Shown here in pieces: positions 18,128 to 26,029 of a stretch of DNA of 32,000 nt. Source of the DNA: Promethearchaeum syntrophicum (GTDB taxonomy: Archaea; Asgardarchaeota; Lokiarchaeia; Sigyniarchaeales; Promethearchaeaceae). The stretch covers positions 3,270,001 through 3,302,000 of the forward strand of contig NZ_CP042905.2 of assembly GCF_008000775.2 (NCBI RefSeq). The letters are read 5' to 3'. The notes under the pieces were generated by a model that had not been told where the DNA came from, did no database searches, and saw only the letters and a program-made list of their open reading frames with translations. The position numbers were made by a program, and so were the translations under genes. How positions within the stretch are numbered: the first letter of the stretch is position 1; each line of letters begins with the position of its first letter.

Positions 18128-18158
18128 GAAGGTATGAGAATTTCCTACTATGAAAAAA

Positions 18159-18893
18159 TTATTTCTTTTTATCAATTAAATTTCTTAACGATTTTAGTTC
18201 TTTTCTCAGTTCCATATTGTCGGTTTCTAAATCATTAACGGTATGCTCTAAGCGTTCCACACGCTTAAGAATTCCTTGTATTTCACTTGAAGATATACCT
18301 TGCTGTTTTCCGGTTTTTACTTCTGGTTTCTTAACTGCACGGACAAAATTATCTCCAGAAGGAATAACCTTTAAATTACCTCCACGATGATTTGTGGCCC
18401 CTTGCGATTTCCCTGTTGCAGAATAATTCGATGCAGCTAGAGCAGGAGACAGATCCGCCGTTGTAGATTCTCCTTGAGATGGTTGTTCGTCTTCTTTTAC
18501 CCACCCTGAAGCTTGTGGTCGTTTAATTTGAACATTATCTGGAACTTTATCTAATGAAACTAATTGACTCTCAGCTTTGCCCGCTGTTTTCCTCGCATTT
18601 TTTTGGTCTTCAATAGCCCTCATTGCTTTTTGGCGTATAAATCCGATTGTTTTTTGAATTTGATAAGGATTTATATTCGGAATTGCAATTACACTTAATG
18701 CCCAGCCTGTAAGATGATTGCCCAGCGGGATTTCATCTGGATTTTCTTTATAGACTTTACTGGCTAAAACTGTACTACCCTTAACTAGTCTTATTGCCCA
18801 GTAATTGTTTACTTTCCCCATTTGTAGTTGATAAGAACTACCCGCAATACCTAATTGTGGAGTTAATGGTTGGAAATCTTGATTTTCGCTCAT
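18159..18893 (-). CDS. hypothetical protein: N-terminal globular domain, low-complexity linker, C-terminal coiled coil
   Basis: 244-aa ORF. About 100 aa of mixed-structure N-terminus, a Q/S/G/K-rich middle, and C-terminal heptad-like ILKRVERLEHTVNDLETDNMELRKELKSLRNLI. Divergent from the JAMM gene. Confidence 0.6.
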   Translation of the reverse strand: MSENQDFQPLTPQLGIAGSSYQLQMGKVNNYWAIRLVKGSTVLASKVYKENPDEIPLGNHLTGWALSVIAIPNINPYQIQKTIGFIRQKAMRAIEDQKNARKTAGKAESQLVSLDKVPDNVQIKRPQASGWVKEDEQPSQGESTTADLSPALAASNYSATGKSQGATNHRGGNLKVIPSGDNFVRAVKKPEVKTGKQQGISSSEIQGILKRVERLEHTVNDLETDNMELRKELKSLRNLIDKKK

Positions 18894-19031
18894 TTTGGTC
18901 CTTTCGCTCTCGATTTATTTTTGAATAACTTAAATAATTCCCTTTTTATTCTATATGATTTGTTTTTCGTTTATAGCCTTAAATTTTTTTCTATCGTTAT
19001 TTATTTAACTTAGAAAAAACCTAAATAAAAT

Positions 19032-20006
19032 ATGGTCTCACCGAGAGGAAAAATAAAATTAAATCTTGAAATTTATAAAACTATCATAGCTACAACCGTG
19101 AGATATGCTAATGTAAAAATTCCTGAAGAGAAATGGGCTGAAGTGTATGGTCTTTTATATGGATACATTAATGGTGATGATGTGATTGTAACTGAAGCCA
19201 TTCCGTTCACACATACAAAAAAACAACGACATATTCTAAAAGTGGAATTTGACGAGGAAGATTACGCACTTGCAGCATCTATTGAAACTGAGGAATTTTA
19301 TATCAGAGATCCTCCACAATACATAGTAGGCTGGTATCACTCCCATCCGGGAATAAAATTAATGCTCAGTCAAGATGATGTTAAAAATCAATTAGCTTGG
19401 CAAACGAATAACCCTTTAGCAGTTGCTTTAGTTTTTAATCCTGTACGTCTTCTAAAACAGATCGAGGTTCCGGCAAGAAAAGGAGATCCTATTAAGCAAT
19501 TGCATTTGGATACGGGTTTTTTGAATTTTAGACTCGATGATCCTAATCGGGGTTTAGAAGCAGCGTTTCACATAGTTCCATTTGAGTTTACCGATTTAAA
19601 ATTGGATGAAACATTGATATCCAATGCTCAAGAATTTGTTAGATGGGTAACCCGTGCATTTCCCAAAGGTGATGATGTAATATCTGAATATCAAAGATAT
19701 ACTGAATCAAATTTACAGAAATTGGACGAAATTTACAACGGAACAAACAGTTATAAAAATACTCTTATAAGAAAAGGAGAAAACCACCGAATTCCACAAG
19801 TAGTGGAAAATCAATCACAAGAGGCACTCAAAGTATTAGAACAAGGGAATAATATGATAAATATCTTTAAAATTATGAAAAATTATTTAGAATATAAAGA
19901 ACGTGAGCGTTTGATCCCTCAGATTGATGATATTTTAAACAATTGGGATCAAAGAACTATGAACTATATGGAAAATTTCAAGAATTTAGCCAGTAAAGAA
20001 CAATGA
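19032..20006 (+). CDS. JAB1/MPN/JAMM metalloprotease with a long helical C-terminal extension
   Basis: Complete JAMM motif: upstream Glu in AEVYGLLYG, then HSHPGIKLMLSQDD (H-x-H-x7-S-x2-D). About 130 further residues are predicted helical. Ends with TGA at 20004-20006. Confidence 0.8.
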   Translation: MVSPRGKIKLNLEIYKTIIATTVRYANVKIPEEKWAEVYGLLYGYINGDDVIVTEAIPFTHTKKQRHILKVEFDEEDYALAASIETEEFYIRDPPQYIVGWYHSHPGIKLMLSQDDVKNQLAWQTNNPLAVALVFNPVRLLKQIEVPARKGDPIKQLHLDTGFLNFRLDDPNRGLEAAFHIVPFEFTDLKLDETLISNAQEFVRWVTRAFPKGDDVISEYQRYTESNLQKLDEIYNGTNSYKNTLIRKGENHRIPQVVENQSQEALKVLEQGNNMINIFKIMKNYLEYKERERLIPQIDDILNNWDQRTMNYMENFKNLASKEQ

Positions 20007-21818
20007 TTAATAATTTATAGTCATTTTTTTTACGCGATCTTCAATGGTCACCATTTTTTTATCCATTTTGGAGAGATATGTTTCAATTTTCTTACCGCGA
20101 TAATAGAAACTGAAATTTACTTCTTTATTTAAAACGGACCAGTCAGGAACAAAATTTATTGAATCATCGAGAATTTCGGCTCCAAGCAAACCTCTATAAA
20201 AGAGGGAATGTAAGGGGGATTGACCCAAATCATACCCATAACACCTATCGGACTTTGGAATTTTAATAGAATTTACATTATAACTTAAAGGGGGATAGAA
20301 TTTATAAATACCACCATAGAGATTGAAAGAATAATTTAAATAGCGAAAAATCTTATAGCATATCTCAGTTACAATGCGGTTTAAGTTGAATTTTTTAAGC
20401 CCACGTAGTAACCAATAATTTTGTGAGAGTAAAGCTGGACCGTGCCATATTTCATTTGAATAAAATGGTTCATCTAACGCAAGGGTTGGAACTGGAAATT
20501 CACTCCAAAATTCATCAGGGTTAATTAAATGATCCATAATAGGTTGAATATGAACTTTTGATACAATCCCACCGTACAATGCCCAAAATCCTGCGATAGT
20601 TTTCATAGGTTGAATTAATTGAGTTTCAAAATCAAAATCATAGTAAAATTGGGTTTTTGGATCCCAAAAATATTTCTGAGCATTCTCCTGAAGTGCTTCA
20701 GCTTTCTTAAAATAAGATGAACTATTCTCATCTCCCATAATTAAACCCAAAACACCCATATTTTGATAATATTCACACATTTGGGAATTTAAATCAATTA
20801 GTAGTAGAGAGCGATTTTCTGAGGGTTTCTTAAGGTTCCACAAATTTCCATCAAATTGCTGTGAGAAACGTGGGGAACTTTTCATCATTGTTTCTATTCC
20901 AAAATCGTTGACAGAATGGATAGCACCAAAAAGATTGTAAGGTTCAATAAATCTATTTTTTTCCCACCATTCCAAATTTTTTTTACATAAGGGATAAAGC
21001 TCTGAGATAATTTTTTTATCGCCTGATAATTTAGAATAATCTAACAAAACAGATGACCATATTGGGGGTATTGATAACGATTTTTCTGATATCATTCCGT
21101 TTTCCATCAATCCATCAGGTTTTAAATACTCGTTAAATAATTTTATCAATTGTTTTTTGGCTAAATGGGAATGGAACCACATTAAATCCTCGATTATATG
21201 AAGAGATTCCCAAGGAGTCAAAACTTTTGAATATGGCCAGCATGATGAAACAAGATTTGATTCATTAGTAAAATCATGGGGAAATCGATTCAATCTATGG
21301 AGGACCCAATGAAAATTCCAAATTTCTTTACTAATATATCTATTTGTATTGGGTATATCTTCAAGCCATTTTTGAATACTCTTCCGCCTATCCGAAATCG
21401 CGTTCAAAATATCTTCTGACTTAGGAATAACATCATTATTTTTCGAAAAAGAGAAAATATAAAAAAGTTTGTTTGTTTGGGAGACCTCACTAAAATTTTT
21501 GAAATTCTCGTCATGAATTTTTAAATATTGAGTTATTTCAGGCGAGATTTCTAATATGAGACAAGAAAACATACAATAGATTTTTATTTTAAAATCTATA
21601 TAAAATGGAGATTTTAATTTACACAATAAGCAATCTCCATACCATTCTATTGATTTTGGTGGATCCTTTATCAAGAAATCTATAATTATCAAGTTTTTAT
21701 ATCTCAATTGCAAATTTGGTTTTAAATAGCAATCAATCCAAAAATTATTGGGCTCTCTATTCTTTGAGCTCTGGTTAATGGAAAAGATCTTGTAATTAAA
21801 CTCCAGCTCAGAACTCAT
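20007..21818 (-). CDS. (alpha/alpha)6-barrel glycoside hydrolase, GH63 / MGH / trehalase-like
   Basis: C-terminal half has FWDPKTQFYYDFD, GFWALYGGI and IWHGPALLSQNYWLLRGL, which resemble GH63/GH37-type barrel motifs from memory. The N-terminal 200 aa or so are unassigned. No signal peptide. Confidence 0.55.
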   Translation of the reverse strand: MSSELEFNYKIFSINQSSKNREPNNFWIDCYLKPNLQLRYKNLIIIDFLIKDPPKSIEWYGDCLLCKLKSPFYIDFKIKIYCMFSCLILEISPEITQYLKIHDENFKNFSEVSQTNKLFYIFSFSKNNDVIPKSEDILNAISDRRKSIQKWLEDIPNTNRYISKEIWNFHWVLHRLNRFPHDFTNESNLVSSCWPYSKVLTPWESLHIIEDLMWFHSHLAKKQLIKLFNEYLKPDGLMENGMISEKSLSIPPIWSSVLLDYSKLSGDKKIISELYPLCKKNLEWWEKNRFIEPYNLFGAIHSVNDFGIETMMKSSPRFSQQFDGNLWNLKKPSENRSLLLIDLNSQMCEYYQNMGVLGLIMGDENSSSYFKKAEALQENAQKYFWDPKTQFYYDFDFETQLIQPMKTIAGFWALYGGIVSKVHIQPIMDHLINPDEFWSEFPVPTLALDEPFYSNEIWHGPALLSQNYWLLRGLKKFNLNRIVTEICYKIFRYLNYSFNLYGGIYKFYPPLSYNVNSIKIPKSDRCYGYDLGQSPLHSLFYRGLLGAEILDDSINFVPDWSVLNKEVNFSFYYRGKKIETYLSKMDKKMVTIEDRVKKMTINY

Positions 21819-21866
21819 TGTTCATTTTAAAAGTTCGAGATCATAAAAAGATTAGTTTCAGATATT

Positions 21867-22718
21867 TTAACTACATTTTTGATAAATCTCTCTCATCTTT
21901 CTTAAACGAGATCTTAATGTAATATCTGATACGTTAGCTGCTCTTGAAATTACTTTCTGGCTATAATTTTTATGTAAAATACAACAAGCTAAATAAATCG
22001 CTGCTGCATTTATTCCACAATTGTTTAGTCCGCTTATATTATTTTTTTCTATGTATTTTTCTCTGATTTGTTTAGCTTTCTGAACTACATCCTCAGACAT
22101 CCGTAATTTTGAACAAATTCCAGGTATATTGTCAGCTAAACTCAGATTTAATCTCTTCAACCTTAATTTTTGAATTAATATATAGTAATATCTTCCAAAA
22201 AGTTTTACAGAATAAATATTATCCTGGCATATTTCTTTAATTGATACTGAAAAACGATAAAATCTTGCTGAATAATAAAAGCAAACTCGGGAAATCAGAG
22301 TAACATATTTGAATTTAAAATCTTCTAAAAGAATTGATTTTTCAAATAAATATTGTGCACGTTTTAACACATTTTGTCCAAAATGATGCATAGAAGTTAG
22401 ACGATGTAATTCCCAAATGCCAATTTTTTTCTTTCGTTCTTTCCATTCTTTATTCATATTATATTTTAATGCTCGTTTTAAAGCTTGATTTTCAATATTG
22501 TGAATATTTCCTTTTACATTGGAACCTTCTTGATTATAAATCCGGGGGGTACTCCATTCTGGTATAATGACCGAAGTTTCAAAAACAAGACCACAATTTC
22601 GGCATACTATTGTTCCCCGTTCAACATCATGGAATATCTCATGATGTTCATCAGTTTTAGGTTGATGATTTAAAATTTTTGTAGATTTTGATTTTTGTTC
22701 TACAAATGTAATTGCCAT
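21867..22718 (-). CDS. tfb: transcription factor B (TFIIB-like) paralog with a degenerate N-terminal zinc ribbon
   Basis: GTIVCRNCGLVFETSVIIPEW (second half of the Zn ribbon plus B-reader-like PEW). Two cyclin-like helical repeats. C-terminal VISRAANVSDITLRSRLRKM, as in TFB. The first CxxC position reads HHEIFH. Confidence 0.7.
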   Translation of the reverse strand: MAITFVEQKSKSTKILNHQPKTDEHHEIFHDVERGTIVCRNCGLVFETSVIIPEWSTPRIYNQEGSNVKGNIHNIENQALKRALKYNMNKEWKERKKKIGIWELHRLTSMHHFGQNVLKRAQYLFEKSILLEDFKFKYVTLISRVCFYYSARFYRFSVSIKEICQDNIYSVKLFGRYYYILIQKLRLKRLNLSLADNIPGICSKLRMSEDVVQKAKQIREKYIEKNNISGLNNCGINAAAIYLACCILHKNYSQKVISRAANVSDITLRSRLRKMREIYQKCS

Positions 22719-22936
22719 AGGTACAAATAGGATTTTAAGTATATGGTTAGTTGGATGTTAGCATCAGAGCTACCGTGAAAATCGAATTTTTAGATTTAAA
22801 CTCACATAATTGGGAGAATTTTTTTAATATTTATAAAAGTTGAAAATTTTTTCCCAAGGTTTTAATACTAGATTTCTCTTAATATCATTGCAAACAAATT
22901 TAGAAAAATTCCAAAAACAACGGTGTTACTGAAAAA

Positions 22937-24874
22937 ATGGATAGAATAAAGCTCCTTGAATTTTTATTTGAAAAAAGCAGGTTTGGTGAGGGATTAACTA
23001 AAATAGAATTTTTCGAAAAACAGAAAAACCTAGAGTTTGAAGAGATCATTCCCATCCAGATAATGAAGATTAGGTTTTATGAAAAATTGGGTTTATATAA
23101 TGAAGGTATTATTCTTGCTAATAGATTGCTTCAAAATCGTGAATTATCTGCAAACCCATTATTTGAAATTGATATTTTCATAGAAATGAATAAAATTTTA
23201 TTTTCAATGGGGAAAAGTGAAAAAATCGTAAAGAATCTATTAATGGCTGAAAAGAAATTGTTAACCATTCAAAGTGCTACTGAATTAGAAATATTGGAGC
23301 GAATGGGAGATTTGGTTACATTACGAATGGGGTGTTTTTGGCAAGAAGGAGAATTAGACAATGCACTATTCTACGCTAAATTCAATTTAGATATTCGGGT
23401 AAAACTAAAAAAACAACTAGATATCGCTAATGCATACAATAATATTGGTGTTATGTATAATGCCAAGGGGAATCTCATTGAAGCTTTGAGTTATTTGAAT
23501 CAAGCATTTAAATTATATTCAGAAATTAATTCAACTCGTGGTTATTCAAAAACAGGAAATAATATTGGGGCAATTCTTATACAATTGGGGAGACTTAACG
23601 AGAGTTTAAAATATATGGAACAATCTCTCGAAATAGATTATTCTGATGGATATATGGAAGGAATTCGGGTAGCCTCTCAAAATATTGGTGAAGTATATTG
23701 GCATAAAGGAGAATATGAAAAAGCATTAAACCATTTATTTAAAGCACTAGACCTATGCTCAAAATCTGAAGATGGATTTCAATTTTCGGAGATATTGGTA
23801 CCCATAGTAGCTGTATTATTAGAAATGAATAATTTAAAACTAGCAAACTATTATTTACATCAACTAGAGCTAATAAAAAATCAAGAAGAAAATAAGATCA
23901 TTCAACAAAGATATTTTCTAACCAGTGCAATGGTGTTAAGGAAAAGTAAAAGTAAAGGATCCTTATCAAACGCTGAAGATTTATTAAAGATTATTATTGA
24001 AGATGATATTCGTTATCATGATATAACTGTGATGGCACTATTACTGATTTCTGAAATTTTAATAGATAAATTTGAGAAAACCAATAATCTCCTGATAATT
24101 GAGGATATACGCAAGAGTATAAAATTATTGGTTGCTATCACAAAGGATACAAAATCTTACTCCCTTATGGTTGAATCTTTACTTATGGAGGCAAAACTTG
24201 CACTATTAGATATCGATTTTCATTTTTCCCAAGCATGTTTAGATAAAGCACTAAAAATTGCAAACGATTTTGAATTAAATCGAATTAAAACTAAAGTGTT
24301 AAACGAATATGATGTTTTTCTCGAAAATTATTCCTTTTGGGATAAAATTTCTAAGAAAGATCAGGATAATTTCAAGCGAAAACAATTAAATATGATTAAA
24401 TCACAGATTCGAAATTTCTTTTCACCAAAACTTGAAGAATTTGAAAAAGGTGAAGCAGACACACCTCTCCTTTTAATTTTAATGCAAATTGATGGAACAA
24501 TCATAGTCTCCCAAGAATTTAATGAAGAGTGGAGAATTAATGGTATGAGATTTAACATCTTTCAAATGAATTTATATAAATATTTACGGAATTATATTAA
24601 TAATTCTGTCGATTTTGCACAATTTGAGGATAATAAGATATTTTTGATGAAAATTGGAGAATCTATTGCATGCTATGTTTATCAAGGGTCCTCTAATTCG
24701 GCTATTCAAAAACTAAGTAAATTTTCAGAAGTCCTGTTAGAAAATCAGCCATTTTTGAATAAAATTAAAGAATCAATAGAAGTTAATCATGAAATTGATC
24801 TTAACCGCCATAAAAGCTTTCAAAATTGGATAAAAAATATTTTTACCACTCCTATCGGAGTAGAAATTATTTAA
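22937..24874 (+). CDS. large TPR-repeat protein with a C-terminal alpha/beta domain (possible longin/roadblock-like fold)
   Basis: Multiple TPR units (AYNNIGVMYNAKGNLIEALSYLNQAFKLY, NIGAILIQLGRLNESLKYMEQSLEI, NIGEVYWHKGEYEKALNHLFKALDL). The last 140 aa or so (PLLLILMQIDGTIIVSQEF...IACYVYQGSSNSAIQKLSKFSEVL) show a strand-strand-helix-strand-strand-helix pattern. Confidence 0.7.
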   Translation: MDRIKLLEFLFEKSRFGEGLTKIEFFEKQKNLEFEEIIPIQIMKIRFYEKLGLYNEGIILANRLLQNRELSANPLFEIDIFIEMNKILFSMGKSEKIVKNLLMAEKKLLTIQSATELEILERMGDLVTLRMGCFWQEGELDNALFYAKFNLDIRVKLKKQLDIANAYNNIGVMYNAKGNLIEALSYLNQAFKLYSEINSTRGYSKTGNNIGAILIQLGRLNESLKYMEQSLEIDYSDGYMEGIRVASQNIGEVYWHKGEYEKALNHLFKALDLCSKSEDGFQFSEILVPIVAVLLEMNNLKLANYYLHQLELIKNQEENKIIQQRYFLTSAMVLRKSKSKGSLSNAEDLLKIIIEDDIRYHDITVMALLLISEILIDKFEKTNNLLIIEDIRKSIKLLVAITKDTKSYSLMVESLLMEAKLALLDIDFHFSQACLDKALKIANDFELNRIKTKVLNEYDVFLENYSFWDKISKKDQDNFKRKQLNMIKSQIRNFFSPKLEEFEKGEADTPLLLILMQIDGTIIVSQEFNEEWRINGMRFNIFQMNLYKYLRNYINNSVDFAQFEDNKIFLMKIGESIACYVYQGSSNSAIQKLSKFSEVLLENQPFLNKIKESIEVNHEIDLNRHKSFQNWIKNIFTTPIGVEII

Positions 24875-24889
24875 AATCGAAAAATTTTT

Positions 24890-24977
24890 TTAAACAAACT
24901 TCGCAATTTTATCGCAAGTTCGATTCGTATCCAGAAAAATTAATCCTAATTTTACATTTTTGAAATTGAAATTTCGT
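24890..24977 (-). pseudogene. Roadblock/LC7 3'-tail remnant R1 (frameshifted, no start codon)
   Basis: About 88 bp align with 27878-27965. It encodes ..KNVKLGLIFLDTNRTCDKIAKFV and TAA. A 1-nt deletion in the A-run shifts the upstream THEISISK segment out of frame. Confidence 0.7.
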
Positions 24978-24993
24978 GAGTATAGTGGTTTAA

Positions 24994-25182
24994 TTAGTTG
25001 CTATTGTTGAAATTTTTTTTGATATCTTGTTCATCTTCGTAAATGAGGGTGTCTAAAAAAATTAGGTCAGGAATTCTCACTTTATCTTTGATTAAATCCC
25101 ATACTTTCATCTCAGATCGAGGGTGAGTTCTATCCTTTTTTAGATCTTTTGCAGCTTCATCTTCCTTTATTTCTTCTAACAA
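24994..25182 (-). pseudogene. decayed Roadblock-tail paralog R1b (ORF-track 62-aa frame, TTG start only)
   Basis: The C-terminus KVRIPDLIFLDTLIYEDEQDIKKNF parallels NVKLGLIFLDTKRTCDKIAKFV. The DNA gtgtctaaaaaaatta matches gtgtctagaaaaatta of the intact gene. There is no ATG, and the frame is closed by a TGA just upstream. Confidence 0.4.
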
Positions 25183-25520
25183 AAATGGATTTTTAGGTGA
25201 AGTTTTTCAATTTGAAAAGCTTTATTCTTATTAGCACTAATTGTTCTTGTGTTAGAGTTAGAATCTAAATTGTTCTTGGCGGAAGAGTTAGATTCTAGCT
25301 CGTTTTCTTTCTTTTATTTTTTGTGTTTCTGTAGTTGAATTTACCATCTTAAGCAGTCACCGATATTTCTTTTACTGCGTGATATTCTAAATCCATTTGT
25401 TTGAGCCGAAGTGTTTCACATGTGTGTTTTATTCAATTTCTGATCGTTAAAAGTTGGATTTTCAGCATTGTCCCAGTGATTTTTTACTAAATTTTCCTTC
25501 CATTGCCAATCACTACAAGA

Positions 25521-25559
25521 TCATGTTTGCGTATCCAGACAAATCAATTGCTGAAGCCT
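25521..25559 (-). pseudogene. short degenerate Roadblock-tail fragment R1c
   Basis: cgtatccagacaaatcaa compares with cgtatccagaaaaattaa in R2. It reads RLQQLICLDTQT then TGA, against KLGLIFLDTKRT in the intact gene. Weakest of the five copies. Confidence 0.3.
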
Positions 25560-25591
25560 ATATCGGAAAAAAATAATTGATTATGGTTCTA

Positions 25592-25753
25592 CTAATGTAA
25601 TTTAACCAGGATTAAAAAAAGGGGAATAAAGCGAATGAATAGAAAATTTCCCTCTAATTCTTTAATAAATCTCTCAGTTTCTTCAGGATGTGATTTTATA
25701 TACTTAATTTTTTTGAGGAAACTCACCCTTTCGGAGCAAAATTCTTTTGACAT
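25592..25753 (-). CDS. possible small ORF or gene remnant (53 aa; the open frame extends to 25819)
   Basis: MSKEFCSERVSFLKKIKYIKSHPEETERFIKELEGNFLFIRFIPLFLILVKLH. A 75-codon stop-free stretch in AT-rich DNA, with no recognisable family or SD. Confidence 0.2.
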   Translation of the reverse strand: MSKEFCSERVSFLKKIKYIKSHPEETERFIKELEGNFLFIRFIPLFLILVKLH

Positions 25754-25901
25754 AACAATCCCAAAGAAATGGTGTAGATCTCGAGCAGAGAGAAAATGAG
25801 TTTTTAAGTTAATTACTACTTAATACGATGAAAATATTAAAGCTTAATATTATATATTTGGAAATTGAATCAATCGGAATAAAAACCTATAAAAAATAAC
25901 T

Positions 25902-26027
25902 CTAAACAAATTTAGCAATTTTATTGCAAGTTCGCTTCGTATCCAGAAAAATTAAACCTAATTTTACATTTTTTGATGTTGAAATCGTTAAAACTGCATT
26001 CTTAATCTTCTGAGTAATTTTTTCCAT
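25902..26027 (-). CDS. 41-codon mini-ORF encoding a Roadblock/LC7 C-terminal tail (R2); gene remnant or micro-protein
   Basis: ATG at 26027-26025, 2 nt after the LRR gene's TAG. It reads MEKITQKIKNAVLTISTSKNVKLGLIFLDTKRTCNKIAKFV and TAG. The last 33 residues differ from the tail of the intact gene at 27878 only at one position (N for D). Confidence 0.45.
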   Translation of the reverse strand: MEKITQKIKNAVLTISTSKNVKLGLIFLDTKRTCNKIAKFV

Positions 26028-26029
26028 TA

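Noticed and set aside
17915-18175. 86-aa minus-strand ORF spanning the 3' end of the 319-aa gene, the intergenic region and 17 nt of the 244-aa gene.
   Set aside because: It overlaps two better-supported genes and the 23-bp repeat element, and the sequence is low-complexity. Likely spurious.
2017-24558. Short ORF-track entries nested in or antisense to larger conserved genes: 2017-2214, 3334-3591, 7232-7417, 7421-7627, 9211-9396, 10395-10586, 10563-10745, 11762-12004, 12684-12869, 12985-13188, 14250-14432, 15965-16231, 22485-22673, 24361-24558.
   Set aside because: Each lies entirely within a longer ORF that has clear family motifs (reductase, methyltransferase, thioredoxin, Opp components, hydrolase, TFB, TPR) or in low-complexity DNA. 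Their translations are low-complexity or compositionally odd. They are treated as shadow ORFs.
25635-25799. 54-aa plus-strand ORF (MNRKFPSNSLINLSVSSGCDF...) in the decayed region.
   Set aside because: It is antisense to the more protein-like 75-codon minus-strand frame, has no SD or family resemblance, and is below normal calling length.
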